DNA from: Euprymna scolopes
Taxonomy: Eukaryota
Length of the DNA: 64,000 nucleotides
Strand: one strand, 5' to 3'
Assembly (NCBI GenBank): GCA_053919585.1
Contig: CM132792.1
Below are positions 63,110 through 64,000 of the stretch, one piece after another. The notes beneath the pieces are model-generated. The model saw only the letters and a list, made by a program, of their open reading frames with translations, was not told where the DNA came from and did not search any database. Each line of letters begins with the position of its first letter. Position 1 is the first letter of the stretch. Position numbers and translations under genes: made by a program.

Positions 63110-64000
63110 TTTTTTTAATTATCTTTTATTCGATTTTCACTCTAAATGAGGCACAATTGCCATTTTGATATAGGGAGCTACTCTCGGGGCCATAAGTTGC
63201 AGGGCTGCTATGTAAGGAGTTTGGCAGCAAGATGTCTGTTCACATTACACTTGAACTTCTGCATGTCAGTAAAGTTGGGAAAGCAGGGGCCCGGAAGGGA
63301 GTTCCAAAGTCGAGCAGTTCTGGGAAATAAACTATTAGAGTAGAAGGACTTCTTGCATCTAGGGATCTTTACTGCGTAGGGATGGGACTTTGCTGCTTTT
63401 CGGGTTTGTCGGAGGCATTTACGTCGAGGAGGTAAAAAGGGGCTTGTATTTCATCGGAGCATCCACCATTAAAATACTTGTAGAACAGACAGAGGGATGC
63501 AACATCTCGTCGATATGACAGACTCTGAAGCCTAGATGACAGTTCGGGACCTATCAGGTTAGCAACTCTCTTTTGAACCCTATCCAGCAGCGAGAGACTA
63601 GTAGCAAATGCACCAGCCAAAATGTGACAACAATACTCTATACATGGGTGAATTGATGCCTTGTAGAGGGACACGATAGTATCAGGCGTAAGTCACTTTC
63701 TAGCACGAAAGAGAGAGGGTCCACCTTCCTCGCAGCGGTCATGGCAATGCTCTCAATGTATCTGGTCCAACTCATGTTCCATGTGAACATTAAGCCGAAG
63801 AGTTTGAAAGAAGTACTTCCAGGTAATGAATATTTAGCCATAGATTTTGGTGGTGGAGAAGGTTTCTTGTAATTATTGAAGGAAACAAGCTTAGTCTTGG
63901 CAGCATTGAATGTGACCAATCATTTTTGTTACCATTCCACCACAAATTGGAGGTCTTCCTTTAGTGTTTCTGTCAATTTCTTAGATATGTGTTCATTTGT
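63110..64000 (-). mobile_element. Family-2 LINE 3' portion, continuing beyond the window
   Basis: VTFNAAKTKLVSFNNY and PCIEYCCHILAGA..LLDRVQKRV..DVASLCLFYKYF; homologous to 28730-29600. Confidence 0.92.

Overview
AT-rich eukaryotic DNA, most consistent with an invertebrate metazoan, with six N-gaps and many (TA)n, (TAT)n and (TAG)n microsatellites. I found no recognisable host protein-coding gene; most short ORFs in the track are microsatellite or antisense artefacts. The window is almost entirely decayed mobile DNA: two families of APE-RT (CR1/L2-group) LINEs, RTE and R4/Dong-type LINE pieces, Tc1 and mariner transposons, hAT and Tc1 MITEs, many non-autonomous Helitrons, a Helentron-type (HINE) element, two solo LTRs and several SINEs. 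The least ordinary signal is non-coding. About a dozen type I hammerhead ribozyme (HHR) motifs from at least six unrelated sequence families sit in Penelope-like element (PLE) termini, mostly beside (TA)n tracts. Several have an intact core, and several form back-to-back inverted pairs; two are linked to GIY-YIG endonuclease remnants. Also notable: a 5S rRNA-headed SINE with an RTE-like body, and a HINE carrying four U2 snRNA 5' fragments, one interrupted by a TSD-flanked insert. All calls were made by eye without database searches, and element boundaries are approximate unless termini are quoted.
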